The position numbers and the translations under genes are program-made. Below the pieces are notes generated by a model that saw nothing but the letters and a program-made list of their open reading frames with translations, was not told the origin of the DNA and made no database searches. Shown here piece after piece: positions 1 through 9,129 of a DNA stretch of 64,000 nt; positions within the stretch are counted from its first letter, which is position 1; every line of letters begins with the position of its first letter. This stretch comes from Candidatus Latescibacterota bacterium (GTDB lineage Bacteria; Latescibacterota; UBA2968; SICM01): assembly GCA_965217865.1 (NCBI GenBank), contig CBDCJO010000002.1, positions 1,216,001 to 1,280,000 of the forward strand, in the 5' to 3' direction.

Positions 1-999
1 TGAGAAGGCCTTGGCCTGTTCCTCGATGATGGTGTTAACTTTCGAGGATTCCCGTTCCCGTTTCGCCAGGTTGATCCCGACGACCGATTGAAGGTCGTCG
101 ATGTTATACAGAAAGACGTTGTAGAGACTCCCCACCTCCGGCTCGATATCTCTCGGCACCGCGATATCGATCAAAAACATCGGATCGTTGCGGCGGCGCT
201 GCATGGCCTCCACAACCGCATCCCGACGGAGAATGGGGTGCGGGGCCCCCGTAGAACTGATGACGACGTCCACCTCGTGAAGCCTTTCCAAGGCCCCCCC
301 GAACGCCACGGCTTCTGCCCCGATCCGATCGGAAAGCTCCCTTGCCCTTTCGGTGGTGCGACTGGTCACACGAAGCGACCGGATTCCGTTGGCCACCAGA
401 TGCCTTGCGGTCAATTCGCTCATCTCACCCGCCCCGATGACCAGGGCGGTGTGACCCTTCAAATCTCCGAAGATTTTCTTTGCCAGTCCTACCGCCGCGT
501 AGGGGACAGATACCGCCCCCGCCCCGATCTCCGTCTCGGTTCGGGCTCTTTTGGATGTCTCAGCCGCCATCTGGAACAGACGGTTCAGGACGACACCAGC
601 CGCTTCGCTGTTGAGGGCTGCGGCGTGGGCATCCTTGACCTGTCCCCCTATCTGAGGCTCACCTACAATCATGGAGTCCAGGCCGGCGGCCACCCGGAAA
701 ACGTGACGGACGGCTTCCCCCTCGCGCAGGAAGAATAAGTGACCCTCGAGCTCGGTTCGGGGTTGTCCGTGGAAATCGCAGAGCCGCGCGATGACTTTGT
801 CGCTTGCCGTCTCCGGGTCATCGGCGACGACATAGATCTCGGAGCGGTTGCAGGTGGAGAGGATCACGCATTCCCGGACATCCGAATCCTCACGAAATCC
901 GGATAAAGCCCGGTCGAGGTTCTGCGCCGTGAAAGCAACCCGGTCCCGAACATCCACCGGGGCCGTATGATGGCTAAGGCCGACGACGAGGATAGACAA
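1..999 (-). CDS. hemA: Glutamyl-tRNA reductase (3' end runs off the window)
   Basis: Not in the ORF track; manual translation from TTG at 999 gives LSILVVGLSHHTAPVDVRDR...ILSTCNRSEIY...AAGLDSMIVGEPQI...VIGAGEM...DIAVPRDIE, the standard HemA motifs. Confidence 0.93.
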   Translation of the reverse strand, partial: MSILVVGLSHHTAPVDVRDRVAFTAQNLDRALSGFREDSDVRECVILSTCNRSEIYVVADDPETASDKVIARLCDFHGQPRTELEGHLFFLREGEAVRHVFRVAAGLDSMIVGEPQIGGQVKDAHAAALNSEAAGVVLNRLFQMAAETSKRARTETEIGAGAVSVPYAAVGLAKKIFGDLKGHTALVIGAGEMSELTARHLVANGIRSLRVTSRTTERARELSDRIGAEAVAFGGALERLHEVDVVISSTGAPHPILRRDAVVEAMQRRRNDPMFLIDIAVPRDIEPEVGSLYNVFLYNIDDLQSVVGINLAKRERESSKVNTIIEEQAKAFS

Positions 1000-1095
1000 G
1001 GGGTTACCGCCTTTTCCAACTGATTCGTTGGATTGCAAGCGGAGAAGACAAAGAGATGCTTTTGTGGAGAAAAAATCTGGCGCTGCGGCTTAAGG

Positions 1096-1923
1096 TCAAT
1101 TCGCAAACGAATGTTTCCCCGGAAAGAAGATTCCGACGACCGGGAAGGTGAACAGGACCAATGTAAATCCAACGATCGAGAAGAAAGCCGCCCGTTTCCC
1201 CCCCCAACCGGCGACCAGACGGGCGAACAGATGGCCCGCATAGATGAACCAGGCGATCAGGGCACCCGCAAATGCGGGTTCATCCCATACCCACGGACGG
1301 CCGAGGGCCTGATGGGCCCACATCGAACTGGCGAAGAGGCCGAGGGACAAAAAGACAAGGCCGAACGAGGCTGCCCGCCCGTTGATCTGATCCAGCGTTT
1401 GAAGGGAAGGGAGTCGTTTATAAAAAAACCCGAGGTGTTTGGTTTGAATCTCTCCCAGAAGAAACACATACATCACCGAACTGACCCATGAAATGGAAAA
1501 TGCAGTATAGGCGAGAATGTTTGAAAAAACGTGGGTCTCGAACCACCTCCCCCTTGTCAAAAGCTGGAGGGGCACATCCAGCTGACCAAACCCGAAGGAG
1601 GCGAAGCCGTGGAGGATGGTTACGATTGGTGCGACCAAGGCGCCCAGGGCCCGGTCTTTCGTGCTGATCTCCAGATAGACGTAGACGACGACAAGGAGCC
1701 AGGCACACGTGGACAGGACCTCAGGGGTGTTCGCTAGGGGGGCTCGACCGGTGGAGATCGTCCGCCAGCTCAGGAGCAAGGTGTGAATCCCCCAACCTGC
1801 GATGAGGACCGCGGTGGCGGTGCGTCCCACCGGATCCCTCCTCCTCCTGAAGTGGGCGGCATAGAGCGCAGACGCCCCGGCATAGGTGAGTGGGATCAAT
1901 ATGAGAAGCAAGTTCTGGTTCAT
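1096..1923 (-). CDS. ccsA: CcsA/HemX-like cytochrome c assembly membrane protein
   Basis: About 8 hydrophobic segments, H...AY motif, LPSLQTLD and a W-rich loop WAHQALGRPWVWD; lies directly upstream of hemA. Start moved to the ATG at 1923 (MNQNLL). Confidence 0.8.
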   Translation of the reverse strand: MNQNLLLILIPLTYAGASALYAAHFRRRRDPVGRTATAVLIAGWGIHTLLLSWRTISTGRAPLANTPEVLSTCAWLLVVVYVYLEISTKDRALGALVAPIVTILHGFASFGFGQLDVPLQLLTRGRWFETHVFSNILAYTAFSISWVSSVMYVFLLGEIQTKHLGFFYKRLPSLQTLDQINGRAASFGLVFLSLGLFASSMWAHQALGRPWVWDEPAFAGALIAWFIYAGHLFARLVAGWGGKRAAFFSIVGFTLVLFTFPVVGIFFPGKHSFAN

Positions 1924-2010
1924 TTTCCACCTGACGCAAACAAGGGGGTCAGGATCCTGGGTTTGGTCTCCGCCAAGCCTATAGAATCCCACCCCCACGC
2001 CCGTCTAATC

Positions 2011-3275
2011 CTATCCCGATATGTAATCTGCTATGTCGACGTCGTATTTCTTGGGATCATCCGCTTCGACAATCGTTCGTTCCTCACCCCCCGTCGTCTC
2101 ATAAAGATCCGCCACGAACATACTGGAACGACGTTTTCCGAACCGCGTGAAGATAACCCCGATCTTCGGTTTGAGAGAGTCCAGTGGATTGGTCTCTACC
2201 ACGACGCCCATCTCTCCGGTATTCAGCTTCACAAAACTCCCCATCGGGTAGATCCCCAGGTTTTTAATGAAAAAGTCCACCACCTTCTCATCGAACTCCC
2301 TGCCCCTCCCGTCGAACACGTGTCGTAGGGCGATATAGGGGGGGAGACCCGGCTTATACGGGCGGGGCGAAGTCAGGGCATCGTAGATGTCGGCCACAGC
2401 CGCCATGCTCCCGAAAGGGTGCATCTGATCCCCCGTCAGCCCTCGTGGGTAACCGCTTCCGTTCACCTTCTCGTGATGCTGTCCCGCGATCGCGATGGCC
2501 TCCTCCGGCATGTTCCCCATATCCTTCAGGATCTCTTCGCTGAGCAGGGGATGGCTCATGATGATCTTCCGCTCTTCAGGGGTCAAGGGACCTGGTTTGT
2601 CGAGGATTTCCAGGGGGATCTTGGACTTGCCGATGTCGTGAAGAAGTCCCCCCACCCCGATCACCTCCGCCTCCTCCTCACTCACCCCTGCGGAATGGGC
2701 GATCGCCAGGGTCAGGATACTGACATTGACGGAGTGGGTGTAGGTATGCTCGCTGTAGTTTTTGAGCGTCGTCAGGCTGAGCAGCGCATCCACATTTCGG
2801 AAGACGCTTCCGGTAAGGGTCTTTGAAGCGAGCTGGACCTTCTTCGTATCGATGCTCTGTCCCGTGGCCGCATTGCCCATAAACTCCTTGACGACCTGAA
2901 TGGAGGCCCCCCGAATCTTACGAGCAACCTTTATCTCCTCCTTGAAGAACTCCTTTCTGCCCGGGGGGGCTTTTGAGCCTGCGGCATCTTGATGACCGGC
3001 GCCGGGGCATCCACCTGCTTGCCTCCGGCCACATCCTTCCCCTTCGAGGTGTCGATCACCACCTCTTTCAGGCCGGCTTCCTGCAACCGTCTGATCTGGT
3101 TCTCTGAGGTAAGCAGGATGCCTTTCCCCAGGAGAAGAACCTTTTTGTTCCCGCCCGTGGAATCCTTCACATCCACTTCCATGTACATCCCGACCTGAAG
3201 CTTGGAAAGGGATATCTTCTTCTTCACGCGGAATCCGATCGATTTTCCCGACCCATCGGTGTCCTCCCTCCACAC
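2011..3275 (-). pseudogene. DUF3391 + HD-GYP c-di-GMP phosphodiesterase, split by a single frameshift near 2963-2974
   Basis: ORF 2931-3275 gives KKISLSKLQVGMYM...VVIDTSKG (DUF3391-like); ORF 2011-3273 is sensible only from about KEFFKEEIKVAR onward, with intact LLHDIGK, HHEKVNGSGYP and DIYDALTSPRPYK. The junction sits on a G7 run (2963-2969). Confidence 0.75.
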
Positions 3276-3344
3276 CCGATAACCACAGATTTTAAATTAC
3301 ATAAAACAGGAGAAGGAATCAATTGAAATCCCGAAAAATTCGGG

Positions 3345-4535
3345 TCAGACGGGGACTATCTTTCCCAGGATCACCCCACGGGAGGCCCCCGTGACCCGGG
3401 GAAGATTTCCCGGGTTTCCGAAAAGGGTTTCGTTGGCCAGAATGGCGAAAGCCAGGGCTTCTTTTGCCTCGGCGGAGACCCCGAGCTCATCGATGGACCG
3501 TATTCTGAGGTCCGGCATCCCATCTCGCAGGCTCTTCATCATCGCGGTGTTGTGGACGCCCCCCCCGCTCACGATCACCTCCTGGACCGGTTCCCGGACA
3601 TGACGACTCAACCCGTCAGAGATGCACGCCGACGTGAAAGCCGTGGCCGTGGCCACTGCATCCGCGTCGGATATCCCCATATCCCGGGCTTTCACGAGAT
3701 ATGCGTCCGCATACGCGATCCCGAACGTCTCCCTTCCGGTCGATTTGGGTGGCGGAATATCCAGGAACGGATGCCCCATCATCTCCGCAAGAAGGCCGGA
3801 ATGAACGCGACCTGTCCGGGCCATCTCCCCATCCCGATCAAAGGCAACGCGCCCATCGCTGATTCGATCGATCAGCCGGTCCCCGATCATGTTTCCGGGC
3901 CCAAGGTCAAAACCAAAGACGCCGTTCGAAAGGCAGCCGGCCGGGAGAATCGTCGCGTTCGCGATGCCTCCGATGTTAAGCATGACCCGTCCCGCCCCTT
4001 CCGACCGGAACAGCAGGTAGTCGGCCAGGGAGACGAGAGGCGCACCCTGGCCCCCGGCTGCCGCGTCCCGAACCCGAAAGTCCGCGATCGTGACAATACC
4101 TGTCCTCTCGGCGATCACGCAGGGATCGCCGATTTGCAACGTGGATCGGATCGGATACCCGTGCATCCGGGTGGGATCCGGAAGGTGGTGAACCGTCTGT
4201 CCGTGAGAGCCGATCAGATCGATATCGGCCAGGGAACATCCAGCCCTTTGCCCGACGCTTCGAACGGCCTCCGAGAACCACTCCCCAAGCACGAAATTCA
4301 TCCTGCAAACCTGCTCGACAGTCCCGGTCCTCCCGTCGCACAGGGTCAATACATCCGTCTTCAGGTCGGGCGGATACGGAAGGCAGTCGAAAGCGATCAG
4401 GCGTGCATGGGTGTCAAGGCCGGAACCGGCGATTTCGGCCAGCGCGGCATCGATCCCGTCGGCGGATGTCCCGGAGATCAAACCCACGATAAGCCTGCTT
4501 GGTTTCTCCGCGATGCGAAGCAGGCGATGTGTCAT
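3345..4535 (-). CDS. anmK: Anhydro-N-acetylmuramic acid kinase
   Basis: GLISGTSADGID, IGSHGQTVHH, DFRVRDAAAGGQGAPL, NIGGIAN, PPKSTGRE, KEALAFA motifs. Confidence 0.95.
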   Translation of the reverse strand: MTHRLLRIAEKPSRLIVGLISGTSADGIDAALAEIAGSGLDTHARLIAFDCLPYPPDLKTDVLTLCDGRTGTVEQVCRMNFVLGEWFSEAVRSVGQRAGCSLADIDLIGSHGQTVHHLPDPTRMHGYPIRSTLQIGDPCVIAERTGIVTIADFRVRDAAAGGQGAPLVSLADYLLFRSEGAGRVMLNIGGIANATILPAGCLSNGVFGFDLGPGNMIGDRLIDRISDGRVAFDRDGEMARTGRVHSGLLAEMMGHPFLDIPPPKSTGRETFGIAYADAYLVKARDMGISDADAVATATAFTSACISDGLSRHVREPVQEVIVSGGGVHNTAMMKSLRDGMPDLRIRSIDELGVSAEAKEALAFAILANETLFGNPGNLPRVTGASRGVILGKIVPV

Positions 4536-4617
4536 GTCCTGTCACTCCGGGGAAGGCGATAGACGGGGGCACCATTCGAATGCGACAGCCCCCCTGAACC
4601 ACGATGCCCATTTGCGG

Positions 4618-4652
4618 TTTTCCATTTTCCACTTTTCACTTTCCACTTTTCA
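4618..4652. repeat. Five imperfect tandem heptamers (consensus YTTTYCA)
   Basis: ttttcca ttttcca cttttca ctttcca cttttca read directly, just 3' of the lpdA stop. Confidence 0.8.
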
Positions 4653-4659
4653 TTTCCCT

Positions 4660-6066
4660 TTATACATGAATCGCTTTCCCTTCTGTCCCGAGCGCGGCTT
4701 CAACGATGGCCTCGTGAAGCGTGGGATGGGCGTGGATCGTCCTGCCCAGCTCCGATGTGGTGGCCTCCAGTCCACGGGCAAGGACGATTTCGGCAATCAT
4801 CTCCGCGGCGTCCGAACCGACGATGTGAGCGCCCAGGATCTCGCCGTACTTGGCATCCACCACCAGTTTGACCATCCCCTCCTGTTCGCCGGAAACCAGG
4901 GCCTTTCCGAGCGATCGAAACGGAAACCGACCCACCTTGATATCGTGTCCTTGGGACACCGCGGCTTCCTCCGTCAGCCCCGTAGAGGCGACCTGAGGCT
5001 GGGAATACACGCAGTTCGGGATGTTTGAATAGTCGAGACGGGCGTCCTCCTCCCCTTTCATCCGCTCAACGGCAACCACCCCCTCTGCAGTAGCGACGTG
5101 GGCCAGGAGGGGGGTCTGAATCACGTCCCCCACCGCATAAATACCCTCTGAAGAGCACCGATAGTTTTCATCCACGCTAATGAAACCGCGGTCCGTCTCC
5201 ACGCCCACTTCCTCCAGGCCCACCTCCCCCGTAAAGGGACCGCGTCCCAGGGCGACCAGGATCCTCTCGGCCTTGATCGAGTCTGAGCCCGATTCGGAAG
5301 AGACCGTCGCAATGACCCCGTCCCCATCCGGCGCCACCCCATCCACTTTCGTTCCCGCCCTGATCGTGACCCCGATCCGCCTTAGGGATTTTGCCAGCAA
5401 GTCGGCCGCCTCCCGGTCCTCCTCGGGGAGGATCGAGGGCAGCATCTCAATCATCGTGATCTCGACGCCGAAAACCGCCAGAAGATATGCGAACTCCACG
5501 GCGATCACGCCCCCGCCCAGGATCAACATCGACTTTGGAAGCGACTCCATCACCATGGCCTCTTTGCTCGTGATCACCCGTTCTCCATCGGGCTCGATCC
5601 CCGGGATCGTCCTCGGCTTCGAGCCTGTGGCGATAACGATCCGCGGAGCCTTCAAATCCTGTAACCCATTCCCCTCCTCATCCGAAACCATCACCGTTTT
5701 TTTTTGTGAGAGTCGACCGTGACCGTTGAACGTCATCACCCCGTTCTTTTTCATCAAATATTCGAGCCCCTTTGTCAGCTTCGATACCGCATCACGACTC
5801 CGTTTGACCGCCGAAGAAAAGTCGGCCTTCAACACCCCGCACGAAATCCCGAATTCATCCCCCCTCTTGAACAGCGAGAACACCTCCGCGTTGCGGATAA
5901 GCGATTTGGTAGGAATGCATCCCCAGTTCAGGCACGTGCCGCCAACCCGTTCCCGCTCCACCACGGCCACTTTCATGCCGAGTTGTCCGGCTCTTATCGC
6001 CGCGGCATAACCGCCGGGCCCTCCTCCGATGACGATGAGATCAAAATCGGACGGTGGCATTTGCAT
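4660..6066 (-). CDS. lpdA: Dihydrolipoyl dehydrogenase (E3)
   Basis: GGGPGGY FAD motif, GGTCLNWGCIPTK redox disulfide, C-terminal HAHPTLHE. Confidence 0.96.
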   Translation of the reverse strand: MQMPPSDFDLIVIGGGPGGYAAAIRAGQLGMKVAVVERERVGGTCLNWGCIPTKSLIRNAEVFSLFKRGDEFGISCGVLKADFSSAVKRSRDAVSKLTKGLEYLMKKNGVMTFNGHGRLSQKKTVMVSDEEGNGLQDLKAPRIVIATGSKPRTIPGIEPDGERVITSKEAMVMESLPKSMLILGGGVIAVEFAYLLAVFGVEITMIEMLPSILPEEDREAADLLAKSLRRIGVTIRAGTKVDGVAPDGDGVIATVSSESGSDSIKAERILVALGRGPFTGEVGLEEVGVETDRGFISVDENYRCSSEGIYAVGDVIQTPLLAHVATAEGVVAVERMKGEEDARLDYSNIPNCVYSQPQVASTGLTEEAAVSQGHDIKVGRFPFRSLGKALVSGEQEGMVKLVVDAKYGEILGAHIVGSDAAEMIAEIVLARGLEATTSELGRTIHAHPTLHEAIVEAALGTEGKAIHV

Positions 6067-6258
6067 CTCTCCTCAAAATATTTCAATGGATGAATCACGA
6101 GGATGACGATGATGTCAGCGCTCCCCAACCTCGATCGGACCTTCAATACATGAGGATGGCTAAACGGGGAAGAAAAGGCAGGCTTGGTGCCAGGACGCGG
6201 ATGCGGGTCGAATTGAGACCCGACCCTTTTTTACCCTGAATCCCCTCTGGAAAAACGG

Positions 6259-7386
6259 TCAACCGACAGGTAGGCTTTCAGTTTTGATTTGAGCCATGTC
6301 CTTTTCCGGCCGACCATATTGCTGAAAGAGTCGTCCCCATTCGGTCGAAAGGAATTCCCGGATGATGGGTTTGCCCACGATGGGGTACCAGAAGAAATCG
6401 TGGTAGAGATTGGAGGCGAAGGGTGCCCATACGACAAGGGGTGAATGGAGCAGAATCCCCTCGAAGGGACGTAGAACGCCCTTCCGGATCATCTGATCCC
6501 CGAAGATGACAAGGCTTCGCTTTGACTTGAAATGGAAATCCACCTCCGCTATGTCGACCCCCACCACCTCGATGTTTCGGGGATCACCCACCCCCAATCC
6601 TCGCTCGTCGCACATTCGGATGTAGGGAATGGACATCGGATCGAATCCCATCATCCGCGCAGCGATCGCGTCGATGGCGACCGAATCCGAACTGGCCAGG
6701 ATGAAGTTCTTGATCTTCGGTTCCATCGTCCGGGGACCCGCACCGTCTCCGCAGACCGTCCCATCCATGACCGCAAAGATGCCCGGGTGGATTTCCGTTT
6801 GCATGATCATCAGATCGACCATGACCTCGTGAATGTTCTTATGCGCGTAGTGCCGGACCTCCTTGAGCAGCCCTCCAAATGCATTCTTGATCGCCCCGGT
6901 GGTGGTGGTGTGGCCGTGCGTCTTAACGGTCGGAAGATGAACGACCTGCTTCCCGATGAACATCTTGGGTATCTCAATCCCGTCCGGAAAAATCTTGTCC
7001 ACCATCATCAGATCGCCTTTGAATTCGTAGCGTTCCCACGCCACCTCCGGAAGCGGGATAAACGGCAACCCGTAACGTTCAAGAACCGGGGACCATTGGT
7101 TTTCCAGAGCCCCCTGGCGGGGATCGGTCACCACGGTCTTGTTCTCGACCGGAAAGAGACGGTTTACCGCAAAACCATCTTCGATCAGAGTCTTCAAGAC
7201 ACCTTCCAACTGCCAGGGTTGGGTCGAACAGGCAGGGAAGTACTTCGTCCACGAGAGGTTCAGCTTGACCACGGTATCCAGGTCAGGCGAGATCGCCTCC
7301 CGATAACCCGCGAGGGCCATGACCTCACGATAGTCCTCCAGAACGGTCTCGGGCCTCGTGTTGATCACAGCGACTTTTCCGGGCAT
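6259..7386 (-). CDS. DUF362-family protein
   Basis: KLNLSW...STQPWQLEGV, LPTVKTHGHTTTTGAIKNAFGG, DGTVCGDGAGP, SSDSVAIDAIAARMMG pattern. Confidence 0.82.
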   Translation of the reverse strand: MPGKVAVINTRPETVLEDYREVMALAGYREAISPDLDTVVKLNLSWTKYFPACSTQPWQLEGVLKTLIEDGFAVNRLFPVENKTVVTDPRQGALENQWSPVLERYGLPFIPLPEVAWERYEFKGDLMMVDKIFPDGIEIPKMFIGKQVVHLPTVKTHGHTTTTGAIKNAFGGLLKEVRHYAHKNIHEVMVDLMIMQTEIHPGIFAVMDGTVCGDGAGPRTMEPKIKNFILASSDSVAIDAIAARMMGFDPMSIPYIRMCDERGLGVGDPRNIEVVGVDIAEVDFHFKSKRSLVIFGDQMIRKGVLRPFEGILLHSPLVVWAPFASNLYHDFFWYPIVGKPIIREFLSTEWGRLFQQYGRPEKDMAQIKTESLPVG

Positions 7387-7421
7387 GGCGTTCCTCTTTC
7401 AGGGGGGTTGAATGAATGGGC

Positions 7422-7832
7422 CTATGTTTGAACCCGCTCCTGCGCGCTCTCCTCCTCGTCAGGTTCCGTTTCGGCCTCCCCTCGGCGAACCCCACCCTCT
7501 CGCACCTCCTGTTCAAGGAGCGCTACGGATTGCGTAAGCCGTTTGATCCGACCGGCCATTTTGGAAATCTGGACCGTGAGGAAGACCATGAAGAAGAAGA
7601 TAAAGGCCAGGCTGAAAAGTGTAAGAATCGAAGTGGGCTGTCTCGCTCCCATCAAGAACGTAAGCCGGAAAAGGAGCCACTTCCATCCGACCACGACGAG
7701 CACTCCGGCCGTGAGGAGCAGCCACAGCAATCCATATTCGACGTTTAACCGCCGCCGCCGTAGGAGATCGAACGTGAACGCTCCGAAAAGGACGGCGATC
7801 ACGAGGATGAGCGCCTGATTATAACCGCTCAC
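7422..7832 (-). CDS. DUF2304-family membrane protein
   Basis: Three TM helices, LRRRRL...YGLLWL and a C-terminal coiled coil (RIKRLTQSVALLE); overlaps the GT2 stop. Confidence 0.8.
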   Translation of the reverse strand: MSGYNQALILVIAVLFGAFTFDLLRRRRLNVEYGLLWLLLTAGVLVVVGWKWLLFRLTFLMGARQPTSILTLFSLAFIFFFMVFLTVQISKMAGRIKRLTQSVALLEQEVREGGVRRGEAETEPDEEESAQERVQT

Positions 7833-8551
7833 GTCGCCTCCCTGGGACGCGCCAGCGTTTGGAGGATGACAACGGCGATACCCAGCAACGCACGAAAAGG
7901 ATAATAAAAGACCCGAAAGCCAGAGTGCATGGAGGTCCCACTCCTCCGCGGCCTGACATCGACGCGTTGTTCCACCACGCCGAGGCCAGAGCGTGCGACC
8001 AGGATAACGATCTCTGCATCGGGGTAGTCCAAGGGATATTTCTCGGCAAGGAACGCGATCGCGCGCTTCCCGATGGCCTGGAATCCCGATGTGACGTCAC
8101 GGACGTGAACGCCCGAGAGGGCCCACGTCAGGAGCGAGAAGAAGCCCATCACGATCCGCCTGATGATCGGGACGCGATAACCGGTGCGTTCAACAAACCG
8201 GGAACCGATGACCAGGTCGGCGCCCGTTCGCGACAGGGTTTCCAAAAGGGATCCAATCTGCCCGGGATCGTGCTGGCCGTCCCCGTCCATCAGAACGACG
8301 GCTTCATACGCATTGGAGCGCGCATAACGCAATCCGGTCTGGACCGCCCCCCCATATCCGAGGTTGTAGGGATGACACACGCAGGTGACCCCGAGATTGC
8401 GTACGACCTTCGAGGTGTCGTCGCGGGAACCATCGTCGATGACCGCCACGTCCCAGTTGGGGGCCAGGTGCCGGACCTCGTCCAACACAGTCCCGATGTT
8501 TCCCGCTTCATCGTAAACGGGGATCACGATCAGGACGCGCGCGTTTTCCAT
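7829..8551 (-). CDS. Glycosyltransferase family 2 (DPM/DPG synthase-like)
   Basis: VIPVYDEA, IDDGSRD, NLGYGGAVQTG, MDGDGQHDP, IGSRF, DVTSGF. Start moved to MENARV (8551). Confidence 0.9.
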   Translation of the reverse strand: MENARVLIVIPVYDEAGNIGTVLDEVRHLAPNWDVAVIDDGSRDDTSKVVRNLGVTCVCHPYNLGYGGAVQTGLRYARSNAYEAVVLMDGDGQHDPGQIGSLLETLSRTGADLVIGSRFVERTGYRVPIIRRIVMGFFSLLTWALSGVHVRDVTSGFQAIGKRAIAFLAEKYPLDYPDAEIVILVARSGLGVVEQRVDVRPRRSGTSMHSGFRVFYYPFRALLGIAVVILQTLARPREAT

Positions 8552-8632
8552 GCCCGTGAAGGAATAGTGTAGAACCAAAAAAGGCTAAACCCCTGACACC
8601 CGCTCCCGATTTTTGTCTCACGTTTGACGGTC

Positions 8633-8687
8633 TTTTGCAATTTCCATTTTACAATTTCCACTTTACAATTCCATCTGACCCCTGACC
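8633..8687. repeat. Imperfect tandem heptamers (ttttgca atttcca ttttaca atttcca ctttaca, then tctgacc cctgacc)
   Basis: Read directly; resembles the tract at 4618-4652. Confidence 0.7.
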
Positions 8688-9129
8688 CCTAGTCTAAATC
8701 GAGAATCCGAACAGAATGCGATGCCTGTCCACCCGGTCTGTCTCATCCGGAAAGTTACGATCTCGAACGTCCCGGGTGAGGGGCATGGCGAACTGGAAGA
8801 ACCCGATCATGGGCATACGGTAGAATGAAAACATCTGCATCCGAAGTTCAATTCCGAAGTTGCTCAGGAACGATTTTTTGTTGAAGTTGAGGTCGGTCAA
8901 CTTCTGGACCCCTAGTCTAAATCGAGAATCCGAACAGAATGCGATGCCTGTCCACCCGGTCTGTCTCATCCGGAAAGTTACGATCTCGAACGTCCCGGGT
9001 GAGGGGCATGGCGAACTGGAAGAACCCGATCATGGGCATACGGTAGAATGAAAACATCTGCATCCGAAGTTCAATTCCGAAGTTGCTCAGGAACGATTTT
9101 TTGTTGAAGTTGAGGTCGGTCAACTTCTG
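8684..9129. repeat. Tandem direct duplication, 2 x 223 bp (8684-8906 and 8907-9129), identical by eye, covering the 3' end of the 1154-aa gene
   Basis: Both copies begin gacccctagtctaaatcgagaatcc and end gaggtcggtcaacttctg; ORF 8694-8969 repeats the last ~70 aa of ORF 8917-12381. Confidence 0.95.

Noticed and set aside
88-738. 216-aa plus-strand ORF, and many similar long antisense ORFs (for example 3552-4562, 16825-18153, 22222-23415, 62018-63343)
   Set aside because: Shadow frames of well-supported genes on the opposite strand (here hemA); expected in GC-rich DNA and lacking motifs.
8694-8969. 91-aa ORF identical to the C-terminus of the 1154-aa protein
   Set aside because: By-product of the 223-bp duplication; no independent start signal.
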